The position numbers were made by a program, and so were the translations under genes. Positions 30,372 through 37,302 of a stretch of 56,401 nucleotides of DNA are shown here, in pieces. The notes beneath the pieces were generated by a model. The model did not search any database. It saw only the letters and a list, made by a program, of their open reading frames with translations, and had not been told where the DNA came from. Each line of letters opens with the position of its first letter. The stretch's first letter is position 1. The stretch comes from a virus, in IMG/VR virus record IMGVR_UViG_3300005512_000043, positions 1-56,401 of that record; one strand, written 5' to 3'.

Positions 30372-31618
30372 GCGTCACCTCTGATTCTGCGCTGCTCGTC
30401 GGCGGACCAGCCCTCGAAAAACGTGCTCTTCACGAGCGCGAAGTCGGCACCGGCTTTGAGTAGCTTGGCGCCGTCCTCTACGTTGCGAGTGGACATGAGT
30501 CGCTGTAGCTTCGCTTCCGCGATCCGCATACGCACGCCCCAGCACCACGCGAGCCACTGCCCCGCGGTCGCCTCATCGTCCAGAATGGCCTCGACGATCG
30601 CACGCTCGAGATCCTGGTCGAAGTCCACGGTCACGGTGCCCATCGTGAACCGATTCAGCGTCGCCGCGTCGAGACGATTGCGACCGACGTACACGCGATC
30701 GGCCCCGTGGCCGTACGTGTTCGCCGCCGCGATGATGACGCAGTCGGGGTGCTGCTCGTATGGCTCGGGTCGAGCGAACGGAATGGACAGCTTGCGATTT
30801 GCGATCGCAGCGTTGACTTGCACGAGCAGATTCGGGTCGGAGCCGTCGATCTCATCGAGCAAGTGCACGCCGCCGCTCGTGTACGTGTGCACGAACGGAG
30901 ACGGCGCATACTTCCAGTTACCGTCCTCGTCTGGCAGCGTGCGACCCAGAAGAACCGACTCGCTCACGCCCTCACTCATGGAGTTGAACGTGAACGGAAG
31001 CTCGAGGGCCTTCGCGAGTTGAGCTGCGAGAAACGTCTTCCCGGAGCCCGATGGACCCACGAGTAGAAGCGGTAGCCCCGCGGATACCTTGAGCATGGAC
31101 TCACGAAAGCTCTTGTGAAGCGTCTCGCCGTCGAGCTCAACCTTGGAGTCGCGCTGCTGCACGACCACGGTGATGTTCGGCTTCTTGCCGACCTCATCTC
31201 GCACGATGGCGCGAACGTCGTCCTCCGTCGTGATCGCGTCCTCGTCCTCGACGTTCAACTCGTCGAACACCTGTCTCGCGAGTCGCTTGATGTCGGCCTC
31301 GTCCACGTAGGCTTTCTTCTCGCCAACGTCCTCGATGCTGACAGTCACCTCGCCGGGGAGCTTGTTGCCCTCGCTATCGTACGCGTACGACATGCGGAGT
31401 CCCCGCTCGCGTGCAGAGCCGACGCGCTTCCACGCGCCCGAGCCCTCGTTGAACTGCTTGCGTCGCCGAGCGACCTTCGCCGGCGACCGCACGGAGGAGT
31501 CGGGGTAGTGGGACTGTACAATCGTAACGATCTCCTCGTCCGTGAGCTTAGGCGAGTCGTCCGCCTGCTCGTTGCGCATGAGGAGCCTCTCTAGCAATCT
31601 GTTCACCGTCCTTGCCAT
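30368..31618 (-). CDS. AAA+ ATPase of the MoxR/CobS (AAA_5) type (416 aa)
   Basis: Motifs are LLLVGPSGSGKTFLAAQLAKAL (Walker A), GGVHLLDEIDGSDPN (Walker B) and RLDAATLNRF (sensor/arginine region). ATG at 31618 shares one base with the upstream stop. Confidence 0.8.
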   Translation of the reverse strand: MARTVNRLLERLLMRNEQADDSPKLTDEEIVTIVQSHYPDSSVRSPAKVARRRKQFNEGSGAWKRVGSARERGLRMSYAYDSEGNKLPGEVTVSIEDVGEKKAYVDEADIKRLARQVFDELNVEDEDAITTEDDVRAIVRDEVGKKPNITVVVQQRDSKVELDGETLHKSFRESMLKVSAGLPLLLVGPSGSGKTFLAAQLAKALELPFTFNSMSEGVSESVLLGRTLPDEDGNWKYAPSPFVHTYTSGGVHLLDEIDGSDPNLLVQVNAAIANRKLSIPFARPEPYEQHPDCVIIAAANTYGHGADRVYVGRNRLDAATLNRFTMGTVTVDFDQDLERAIVEAILDDEATAGQWLAWCWGVRMRIAEAKLQRLMSTRNVEDGAKLLKAGADFALVKSTFFEGWSADEQRRIRGDA

Positions 31619-31908
31619 CACGCACCCCCGATCTGCGCCGCCAGGCGCTTGATCTCGTCGATCGTCGGGGCTGCGGCCTTAACCTGCAACGCCTTGAGAG
31701 CCTCGCGGACCTCGGGGAGTTGCTGTTTCGCCGTAGCGTTGGCGGCCACCATGGCCTCCTTCTTCGCTACGGCTGCGGCGATGATCTCGTCCTGGGCCGC
31801 CAAGCGGCGTTCCAGCAGCGAGTCATCCGCATCCCGCTCAAGATTCCTGACTCTCGCTCTCGCGATCTTCAGGTTAATCCTGAGCGCCTCGTCATCGATG
31901 CGCTTCAT
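31618..31908 (-). CDS. Hypothetical coiled-coil protein (96 aa)
   Basis: AAGGAG SD upstream of the ATG at 31908. This is the first cistron downstream of hammerhead copy 31926-31989. Confidence 0.65.
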   Translation of the reverse strand: MKRIDDEALRINLKIARARVRNLERDADDSLLERRLAAQDEIIAAAVAKKEAMVAANATAKQQLPEVREALKALQVKAAAPTIDEIKRLAAQIGGA

Positions 31909-31925
31909 GACTGTCTCCTTTCTGT

Positions 31926-31989
31926 CGGCCTGTCTCGTCAGCGCCCGCTAGGCCACGGCGGGCGGACGGGCCCCGCGGCCCGTTTCGAC
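31926..31989 (-). ncRNA. Type II hammerhead ribozyme candidate (copy D)
   Basis: Minus strand reads GUC GAAAC GGGCC-GCGG-GGCCC GUC CGCCCGC-CGUGGCCUA-GCGGGCG CUGACGA GAC AGGCCG. The core is complete, with stem III 7 bp, stem I 7 bp and stem II 3 bp. The stem I loop UGGCCU pairs with the 3' tail AGGCCG. It starts 1 nt after the stop at 31991; predicted cleavage is 3' of the C encoded at 31965. Confidence 0.8.
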
Positions 31990-31990
31990 G

Positions 31991-32221
31991 CTAGTCATTG
32001 AGGACGTGCACGATCTTGTTGCTGGAGTGGCAGTTGTAGGCCCAGCCAGCGACCTCGTTGCTTCCCGCGTAGTAGATGCGGTGGCACTTACGCATCACGT
32101 AGCCGTCCACCTTGAACGTCGTCGGGAAATAACCAGGCGGCCACTCCAAGTCCGACGCTTCCACGACTCCAAGCCGCGCGGTCTGCCAGTCTACTACGCT
32201 CTTGTCTGTGACTAACACCAT
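31991..32221 (-). CDS. Hypothetical protein (76 aa)
   Basis: AAGGAG SD 9 nt upstream of the ATG at 32221. Flanked on both sides by hammerhead candidates. Confidence 0.65.
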   Translation of the reverse strand: MVLVTDKSVVDWQTARLGVVEASDLEWPPGYFPTTFKVDGYVMRKCHRIYYAGSNEVAGWAYNCHSSNKIVHVLND

Positions 32222-32239
32222 GTTCTATGCTCCTTTCGT

Positions 32240-32299
32240 CGGGCTGCTCATCAGGTCGGCCTCGCCCAAGGGCCGACGACGCCCCGAAGGGCGTTTCGC
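32240..32299 (-). ncRNA. Type II hammerhead ribozyme candidate (copy C)
   Basis: Minus strand reads GC GAAAC GCCC-UUCG-GGGC GUC GUCGGCC-CUUGGGCGA-GGCCGAC CUGAUGA GCA GCCCG. The core is complete, with stem III 6 bp, stem I 7 bp and stem II 2 bp. The loop UGGGC pairs with the tail GCCCG. It starts 1 nt after the stop at 32301; predicted cleavage is 3' of the C encoded at 32278. Confidence 0.75.
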
Positions 32300-32300
32300 T

Positions 32301-32582
32301 TCACTGCTCGCGCTTCTCCCACTCCTCGAGGAGTGCGAGACCGTTGTTCACGGCCTCGAGCTGGATCGTTAGGTGCATCCGCACCTGCTGCAGGTACACG
32401 CTCGCGGCACGAGCGTTGCCGTCGCGAAGGCGATGGCTGACCTTGATCGGGTTGGCACGGGCCACGAACGTCGTAAACTTGTTCAGCCACTTGCCCGTGC
32501 CGAGAACTCTCTCGACTGCCGCGGAGAATAAGTGCGGCGTCCTGAGCTCCTCGACCCACTTGGTGCTCTCGATCGTTGACAT
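32301..32582 (-). CDS. Hypothetical protein (93 aa)
   Basis: Start moved to the ATG at 32582 (MSTIESTKW...), with AAAGGA 7 nt upstream. The track start at 32612 is the AUG inside the CUGAUGA ribozyme core. Confidence 0.65.
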   Translation of the reverse strand: MSTIESTKWVEELRTPHLFSAAVERVLGTGKWLNKFTTFVARANPIKVSHRLRDGNARAASVYLQQVRMHLTIQLEAVNNGLALLEEWEKREQ

Positions 32583-32598
32583 GCTGTCATCCTTTCGT

Positions 32599-32665
32599 TC
32601 GAGCTGGCTCATCAGGCCGCGAGTGCTCGATGCTCGCGACGACGGGCCCGAAGGCCCGTTTCGCC
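32599..32665 (-). ncRNA. Type II hammerhead ribozyme candidate (copy B)
   Basis: Minus strand reads GGC GAAAC GGGCC-UUCG-GGCCC GUC GUCGCGAG-CAUCGAGCA-CUCGCGGC CUGAUGA GCCA GCUCGA. The core is complete, with stem III 7 bp, stem I 8 bp (one G-U) and stem II 3 bp. The loop UCGAGC pairs with the tail GCUCGA (6 bp). It starts 4 nt after the stop at 32670; predicted cleavage is 3' of the C encoded at 32641. Confidence 0.8.
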
Positions 32666-32669
32666 GAGT

Positions 32670-33098
32670 TTACTTCTTGATCAGCTCCGCGATCTCCGTC
32701 TGGGTGAGACCCGCGTCGACGAGCTGCTGCTTGAGGTCGCGCATCCGATCCTTCGCGCGCTTGACCTTCTCGGCCTTCTTCGCCCCGCGTATCTTCTCGC
32801 GCTCGGCCTTCTTCGCCTCGCGCTCGGCCTTCTTCGCCTCGTGCTCAGCCGCGGTGTTCAGGCGGACAACCTTCTTGTCTACCTGATCCTGGAGCTTGCC
32901 GGCGAACTCCTTCACGGCGCCGACGCGCTTCAGGGCCGCGTTGGTGTCCACACCCTTCTTGAGTGCGGCCCCGAGTTCACTGATCAAGTCGTCGCATGCC
33001 TTGCGGAATGCGGCAATCGACAACTCGACCTTGACGGCTCGGTCATCGTTCTTGGTCTCAGCCTTCTTGGCCACAGTAGCTTTGCTCTTCTTCGACAT
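32670..33098 (-). CDS. Lys/Ala/Glu-rich basic protein, possibly nucleic-acid binding (142 aa)
   Basis: MSKKSKATVAKKAETKNDD...KKAEREAKKAEREKIRGAKKAEKVKRAKD. AAAAGGA SD upstream. This is the first cistron after the long leader. Confidence 0.65.
   Translation of the reverse strand: MSKKSKATVAKKAETKNDDRAVKVELSIAAFRKACDDLISELGAALKKGVDTNAALKRVGAVKEFAGKLQDQVDKKVVRLNTAAEHEAKKAEREAKKAEREKIRGAKKAEKVKRAKDRMRDLKQQLVDAGLTQTEIAELIKK
32798..32839. repeat. Perfect 21-bp tandem duplication inside the basic-protein gene
   Basis: cgcgctcggccttcttcgcct occurs twice (32798-32818 and 32819-32839), encoding the repeated AKKAERE heptad. Confidence 0.9.
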
Positions 33099-33158
33099 GA
33101 CTGTTGTCCTTTTGCGAGCGAGTGTATTCCGCCGCGATGCTCGCCGATCGCGGTAGAG

Positions 33159-33219
33159 CGAGCTGTCATCATCAGGCCGGGTAGCTCATCTCCCGACGAC
33201 GGGCCTTGCGGCCCGTTTC
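33159..33219 (-). ncRNA. Hammerhead-like element in the 5' leader (copy A, stem II degenerate)
   Basis: Minus strand reads (AAAUC) GAAAC GGGCC-GCAA-GGCCC GUC GUCGGG-AGAUGAGCUA-CCCGGC CUGAUGA UGAC AGCUCG. The core, stem III (7 bp), stem I (6 bp) and the loop/tail pairing (UGAGCU:AGCUCG) are present. Positions 10.1/11.1 are U/C and no stem II is evident. Confidence 0.55.
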
Positions 33220-33537
33220 GATTTGGTAGGAGAACAGGTGCATGTCCGTCCGCTTCGCTACTCAGTCGAGTCTGCTGCGTGCGCTTTACGCCTCCCGCCT
33301 CTCGGCCATCGGCAACGCCGCGAACCAGCATTCGTGCGCCGGTGCTCCGGCTCCAGCTCGCTCGCCTTTCGCTCGTCGGCTAACTTGTCAATTCGACCCG
33401 ACTGGCCCGCCCCGCCAAGCGCCCAGAATCGCAAGGCTAGCGGCTACACGATCAACGCCCCGGGAGCAAGCGGCCGTGTTGGTCAATCCAAAACTCATAG
33501 CTGTATTATCGACCAAACAGGCCCCGGCTGTCCATAG

Positions 33538-33644
33538 CTGTTTAAGTCTCGGCGAAATCACAAGTTATAGAGGCTATACCCGCGGCTTCCCCGGCTCCCG
33601 AAGGCGAGGCCGCTTGAGCTAACTATAGTGTTTTCAGGCACTTA
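33538..33644 (-). promoter_or_regulatory. Conserved intergenic motif, copy 2 (split version)
   Basis: Minus strand has TAAGTGCCTGAAAACACTA (33644-33626) and, 76 nt downstream, AGACTTAAACAG (33549-33538). The same two blocks are joined, sharing one base, at 14232-14261. It lies about 530 nt upstream of the first early cistron. Confidence 0.45.
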
Positions 33645-33747
33645 GCGACGTAGTCTATGCGAGAAAAACGCCTCTAAGTCGTGACATGCACCGGGTTTAT
33701 CGGGGTCCATACGCGGCCGCTGCGGGCCGCCGCCCCGGATCGGCTGG

Positions 33748-33954
33748 CTAGTCGACTTCCGCGTCGGCGTCGATTCTATCGGCTGCCAAGCGGCATACGC
33801 GGGAGGCCTCGGCCTCCTCGACCGTGTATAGAATCGAGAGGACTCGCTCATCTCCGACCTTCGCACGTTTCTGCATGATCACGACAGCATGCTCGCATCG
33901 TTGATCGAGTTCTCGCACGAGGTCGTCTGTCTCAACCAGCTCAAGCTCCGACAT
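33748..33954 (-). CDS. Hypothetical protein (68 aa), last gene of the structural block
   Basis: Start moved to the ATG at 33954 (MSELELVETDD...), with a 14-nt overlap of the upstream gene. Confidence 0.5.
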   Translation of the reverse strand: MSELELVETDDLVRELDQRCEHAVVIMQKRAKVGDERVLSILYTVEEAEASRVCRLAADRIDADAEVD

Positions 33955-34579
33955 GCTTATACCAGCTCGTCGCGTCGACGGCAAAGAAGATCGCGTACTT
34001 CAGCGTAGCCAGCGTGGTGCTCGCGTCCGTGGACCCGTCGTCGATGTCATCGCCCGACGCCGGAAAAATCTGGAGCGTGTTTGCGCCGCGATTAAGGACC
34101 GAGACAACCTTGCCAGCGGCCGCCACGGGAAGGGTGACCACATCATTCGCGTTGGCGACGGTCGCAACATGGCTGATCTCCTTCGTCAGCGGCTGCTGGC
34201 CCTGCGACTGCGTAGTGCTCGCGGTGATCCCGGTCTCGACCGTTTGCATCGCGAGTTGTACCTTGACCCACGCGCTCCCATCGTAGACCAGCAGAACGTT
34301 CTCATCGTCCACCCACATGCGCCAGCCCTCGAGCACGGTAAAGAAGACCCAGCCCGCGTAGTACGCAGCGATCTCACCGTCGTGACCCGACCAAGCACCA
34401 GTTGCACCAGTCGCCACTAGATAGCGGTCTCCGTCTGCCTCGCCGCCAGGAGGAGCGGTGAGGTCTCGGTCTTTAACCGTCAAAAGCACTGCAGCGTCGA
34501 GCCGGTTAAACGCATCATTCACGGTTATTTCACCGCCGGCTTGACCAGTCACCAAGGCAGTTAGATCAAGATTGCTCAT
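33941..34579 (-). CDS. DUF2793-type tail fibre/receptor-binding-like protein (212 aa)
   Basis: ITVNDAFNRLDAAVLLTVKDRDLTAPPGGEADGDRYLVATGATGAWSGHDGEIAAYYAGWVFF matches the DUF2793 pattern found next to GTA-like host-specificity genes. Confidence 0.7.
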   Translation of the reverse strand: MSNLDLTALVTGQAGGEITVNDAFNRLDAAVLLTVKDRDLTAPPGGEADGDRYLVATGATGAWSGHDGEIAAYYAGWVFFTVLEGWRMWVDDENVLLVYDGSAWVKVQLAMQTVETGITASTTQSQGQQPLTKEISHVATVANANDVVTLPVAAAGKVVSVLNRGANTLQIFPASGDDIDDGSTDASTTLATLKYAIFFAVDATSWYKHVGA

Positions 34580-36891
34580 ATCGTTTCCTCTATGGTTCGA
34601 CCGTACCCGTACACCTGAGAGACCTGGCGGATTCGCACATTGACATCGTCGCCGGGTGTGCCACCATCAGCCGTTTGCTGCGCCGCGGTATACGACAAGG
34701 TGACCGCCGCGGTGACGGTTGTAGAACGGAGAACTGTCGCTCCGTCCATTATTTCCACTAAGTATTCTTCCACAGGCTCGATGAGCGGCACTACGTCACC
34801 GCTGAACATGCGGTACGGGAGTCGAGTAACCCTGACCCAATCAATGGTCAAGTTGTTTGACCCATCGCGCGTCCCAGTCACGTGAGCTGGTGCAAAACAT
34901 TGAGTGGAGCGCATGCTAAGAGCCTGACTGAACGAAGCCACGTCGGCCAATGCTTGGCCGACTGCAACTCCTTTCCAATACCGCGTGACGCCTTTGTACG
35001 AGAGGCTGCTTGACAACCACTGCACGCTGCCGGCGGCAAGAGCGGTGAACGCCTCAGCCGCTCCGTGCCCATCAGTCGCATCGTTGGTCGCGCGTCGGCC
35101 ACGCAGTAGGATAGACAAGTCATACGTAGTGCCAGAGATCAAAGTAGCAGTCTGGTATCCGATCACTTCATCGCCTACATACGCATGGTTTTCGCCTCGC
35201 AGTACTTCGATCGAAGTCTTCGACTCCAACGTACCGTCGTACAGTGTGACTCGAAGAGTGTTTTTTCGATCCCAAAACCCGACTGGCCCATCGGCCAGCG
35301 TGGTATCGCAGACACCGGCAGTGGCTTCATTATCACTTGAGCCAATGTCAGAGAACGAGAGATCATCCACGCTGTCGTACACTGAGGCGCCTCGCCAGTC
35401 AGGCGTAGTGCTCTGTCGGCTTACCGCGTAGTAGAACCCAACCGAGGTCGCATCGGAGTCAGTAAGCGGCCCGACGTCGATAATCGTAAGTGTGATCGTA
35501 GGCAGAGTATCAACCACGCGAGTCCACACCGGCGGGGAATCCGCGTCTGCAGTTTCAGTGGCAGTCTGTGTCTCTTCGACGACACCTTCAATGTGCATAA
35601 CATAGTTAAGACCTCGCTCAACTGTCATAGCTCGCACAGTGTACGTTTCGTCAGCGTACGTAAGGGCGACCAAGTCACCTTCCTCTATGTGAATATAGCG
35701 ACGAGGCAGAGTAAAGTCGGCCTTCAATCGCTGCGCCCAAGTCGTCCAGAGCAATCGTTTCGCGAGCGCTCTAGCGATGTCGGCGTCTAGAGTCAAAGGA
35801 ATGTCGAAGTTCGCTGATTCTAGCCCCACGCAATCCACACGGGCTTCCCGTTGGAGGCCTGCCTGGTAGTCGCGCTCCGGGTCGAGATGCCTAACCGTAA
35901 CTTCGTGCGGTAGCTTGTACGAAGACAAGTCAGTGAGCGTAAACGGGCGCGAAACGCTGTCGTCGTCGTACGCACGAACAGCGAGCTCAGTGTCATCTGG
36001 AGAAATGGTCTCGACCTCATCTCGATCGTAGAAGTACAAGATGCCATTTGACTCGCGAGCGGAAATGTCGTATACGAGCATCAGAGGCTCAAGCAGCTTA
36101 CTCGCTTCTTGTAAGCCAGAGTAGGAATAGCCTTGAAGGTTGCCCGACACATCAGTCGTATCGTACTCTGCTTCAACCAGACCTGCCTGTTCACAGATAG
36201 CTGTGATCGCTGAAGCTCGCGTCTTGGTCTCCGACTCTCGCACAAGAAATGAGAACTGTGGAATGCGATTTCCAAAGTCCGCGAGTTTGAGAGCTTCTAC
36301 GACGATGTACGCTAAGCCGCGAAACGCGGGGACATTGCCGGCGCCTTCCTCCGCTTCAATCACGGAATCAGCGGTCTGGGTTGCACTTCCTAGGTATATG
36401 CTCAAGCTCTCATACCGATCATCATCGTCTCCGTCGTCGTATATGAGCTTCGAGTCCGCCCAAATCTTTGTGATCTCGGCTATTTCTCCCTTGCAGACTC
36501 CAATTGCGAGGCTGACCGAATACCAGTACGTCGTGCTGGACGAACTGCCGCCCATACCCTTCCCACCTGACTTTTGAGTCTTCTTGTGCTCAACTAAATC
36601 GGTGCACCAGATGACGGTGCCCGCTGTTCGGTTTTCTGGGCCGAGACAGGTCACGACTGCGCTGCCTTCGCTCGCCGTCTGTACGCGCACGTCGTCTAGG
36701 CGCGGCCCTGATACGTCATTGTTAGGCCGCCCGAATAGAGCCGGGAATAAATACGCTTGATCGATGTAGTTGCCCACCACGGCGCCCACAGCTTGTCCGA
36801 TCACCGCGCCCACCGCGATGCCGGCGATCGTAGTGCCTATCGCGGCGCCACCGATTGCGCCACCGACTGCTCCGAGGACTACTGTAGCCAT
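34576..36891 (-). CDS. Host-specificity / central tail protein, RcGTA g15-like (771 aa)
   Basis: It has a Gly-rich hydrophobic N-terminus, then VIWCTDLVEHKK...GGKG...TTYWYSVSLAIGVCKGEI and NRIPQFSFLV, typical of the GTA-type phage tail protein. Its position after the NlpC/P60 gene agrees. Confidence 0.8.
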   Translation of the reverse strand: MATVVLGAVGGAIGGAAIGTTIAGIAVGAVIGQAVGAVVGNYIDQAYLFPALFGRPNNDVSGPRLDDVRVQTASEGSAVVTCLGPENRTAGTVIWCTDLVEHKKTQKSGGKGMGGSSSSTTYWYSVSLAIGVCKGEIAEITKIWADSKLIYDDGDDDDRYESLSIYLGSATQTADSVIEAEEGAGNVPAFRGLAYIVVEALKLADFGNRIPQFSFLVRESETKTRASAITAICEQAGLVEAEYDTTDVSGNLQGYSYSGLQEASKLLEPLMLVYDISARESNGILYFYDRDEVETISPDDTELAVRAYDDDSVSRPFTLTDLSSYKLPHEVTVRHLDPERDYQAGLQREARVDCVGLESANFDIPLTLDADIARALAKRLLWTTWAQRLKADFTLPRRYIHIEEGDLVALTYADETYTVRAMTVERGLNYVMHIEGVVEETQTATETADADSPPVWTRVVDTLPTITLTIIDVGPLTDSDATSVGFYYAVSRQSTTPDWRGASVYDSVDDLSFSDIGSSDNEATAGVCDTTLADGPVGFWDRKNTLRVTLYDGTLESKTSIEVLRGENHAYVGDEVIGYQTATLISGTTYDLSILLRGRRATNDATDGHGAAEAFTALAAGSVQWLSSSLSYKGVTRYWKGVAVGQALADVASFSQALSMRSTQCFAPAHVTGTRDGSNNLTIDWVRVTRLPYRMFSGDVVPLIEPVEEYLVEIMDGATVLRSTTVTAAVTLSYTAAQQTADGGTPGDDVNVRIRQVSQVYGYGRTIEETI

Positions 36892-37302
36892 TTAATCCAC
36901 TCCTGGGAACTTGTAAGCGGCTACGACTTGTCGCTGCCATCGAGGGGAGAACCCGTGCTCAACTACTCGGCCCAAGCTAGAGTGCGCGTGTACAAGGCCG
37001 GTCTGTGTACGAATGCCTACGTGCTGTGGTCGCTGATTACTACCGATCCAGAACAGCAGAATGTCGCCCGGTTGAACTTCATCGAGCAAAACGCGAATAT
37101 AGTGCTGCTCAAGACCAAGTCGTAATCGCTTTCCATCGGGCTCCCGTGGGTACACCGTTTCGTCATACGACATAAGACCGAGGTCTTGCCCGATTATCGC
37201 AAGGATACCAACGCAATCGAGACCGTGCCCAGGCACCCGACCTTGATGCACGAAAGGAGTCCCGATGAACGATTGCGCAAGTTCTACGATCTTAGACCTC
37301 AC
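36892..37302 (-). CDS. NlpC/P60 cell-wall peptidase, tail-associated (RcGTA g14-like, 136 aa)
   Basis: GTPFVHQGRVPGHGLDCVGIL carries the catalytic Cys. The downstream GDILLF...PQHVGI...LVHA supplies the His residues. GTGA overlap with the upstream gene. Confidence 0.8.
   Translation of the reverse strand: MRSKIVELAQSFIGTPFVHQGRVPGHGLDCVGILAIIGQDLGLMSYDETVYPREPDGKRLRLGLEQHYIRVLLDEVQPGDILLFWIGSNQRPQHVGIRTQTGLVHAHSSLGRVVEHGFSPRWQRQVVAAYKFPGVD

Noticed and set aside
31968-31981. The GC-rich tetraloop hairpins (also at 32281-32292, 32644-32657 and 33201-33214), considered as rho-independent terminators
   Set aside because: On the transcribed strand they are followed by GUCGUC or GUCCGC rather than a U tract. 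They are flanked by GAAA and the UC of the hammerhead core, so they are better explained as stem III.
32583-32612. The ORF-track start codon at 32612 for gene 32301-32612
   Set aside because: That AUG is the AUG inside the CUGAUGA hammerhead core and has no RBS. The in-frame ATG at 32582 has AAAGGA 7 nt upstream.
32984-33331. The 115-aa minus-strand ORF crossing the leader
   Set aside because: It has no RBS, runs straight through the hammerhead-like element, overlaps the start of the basic-protein gene out of frame, and has Arg/Gly/Ser-rich composition.
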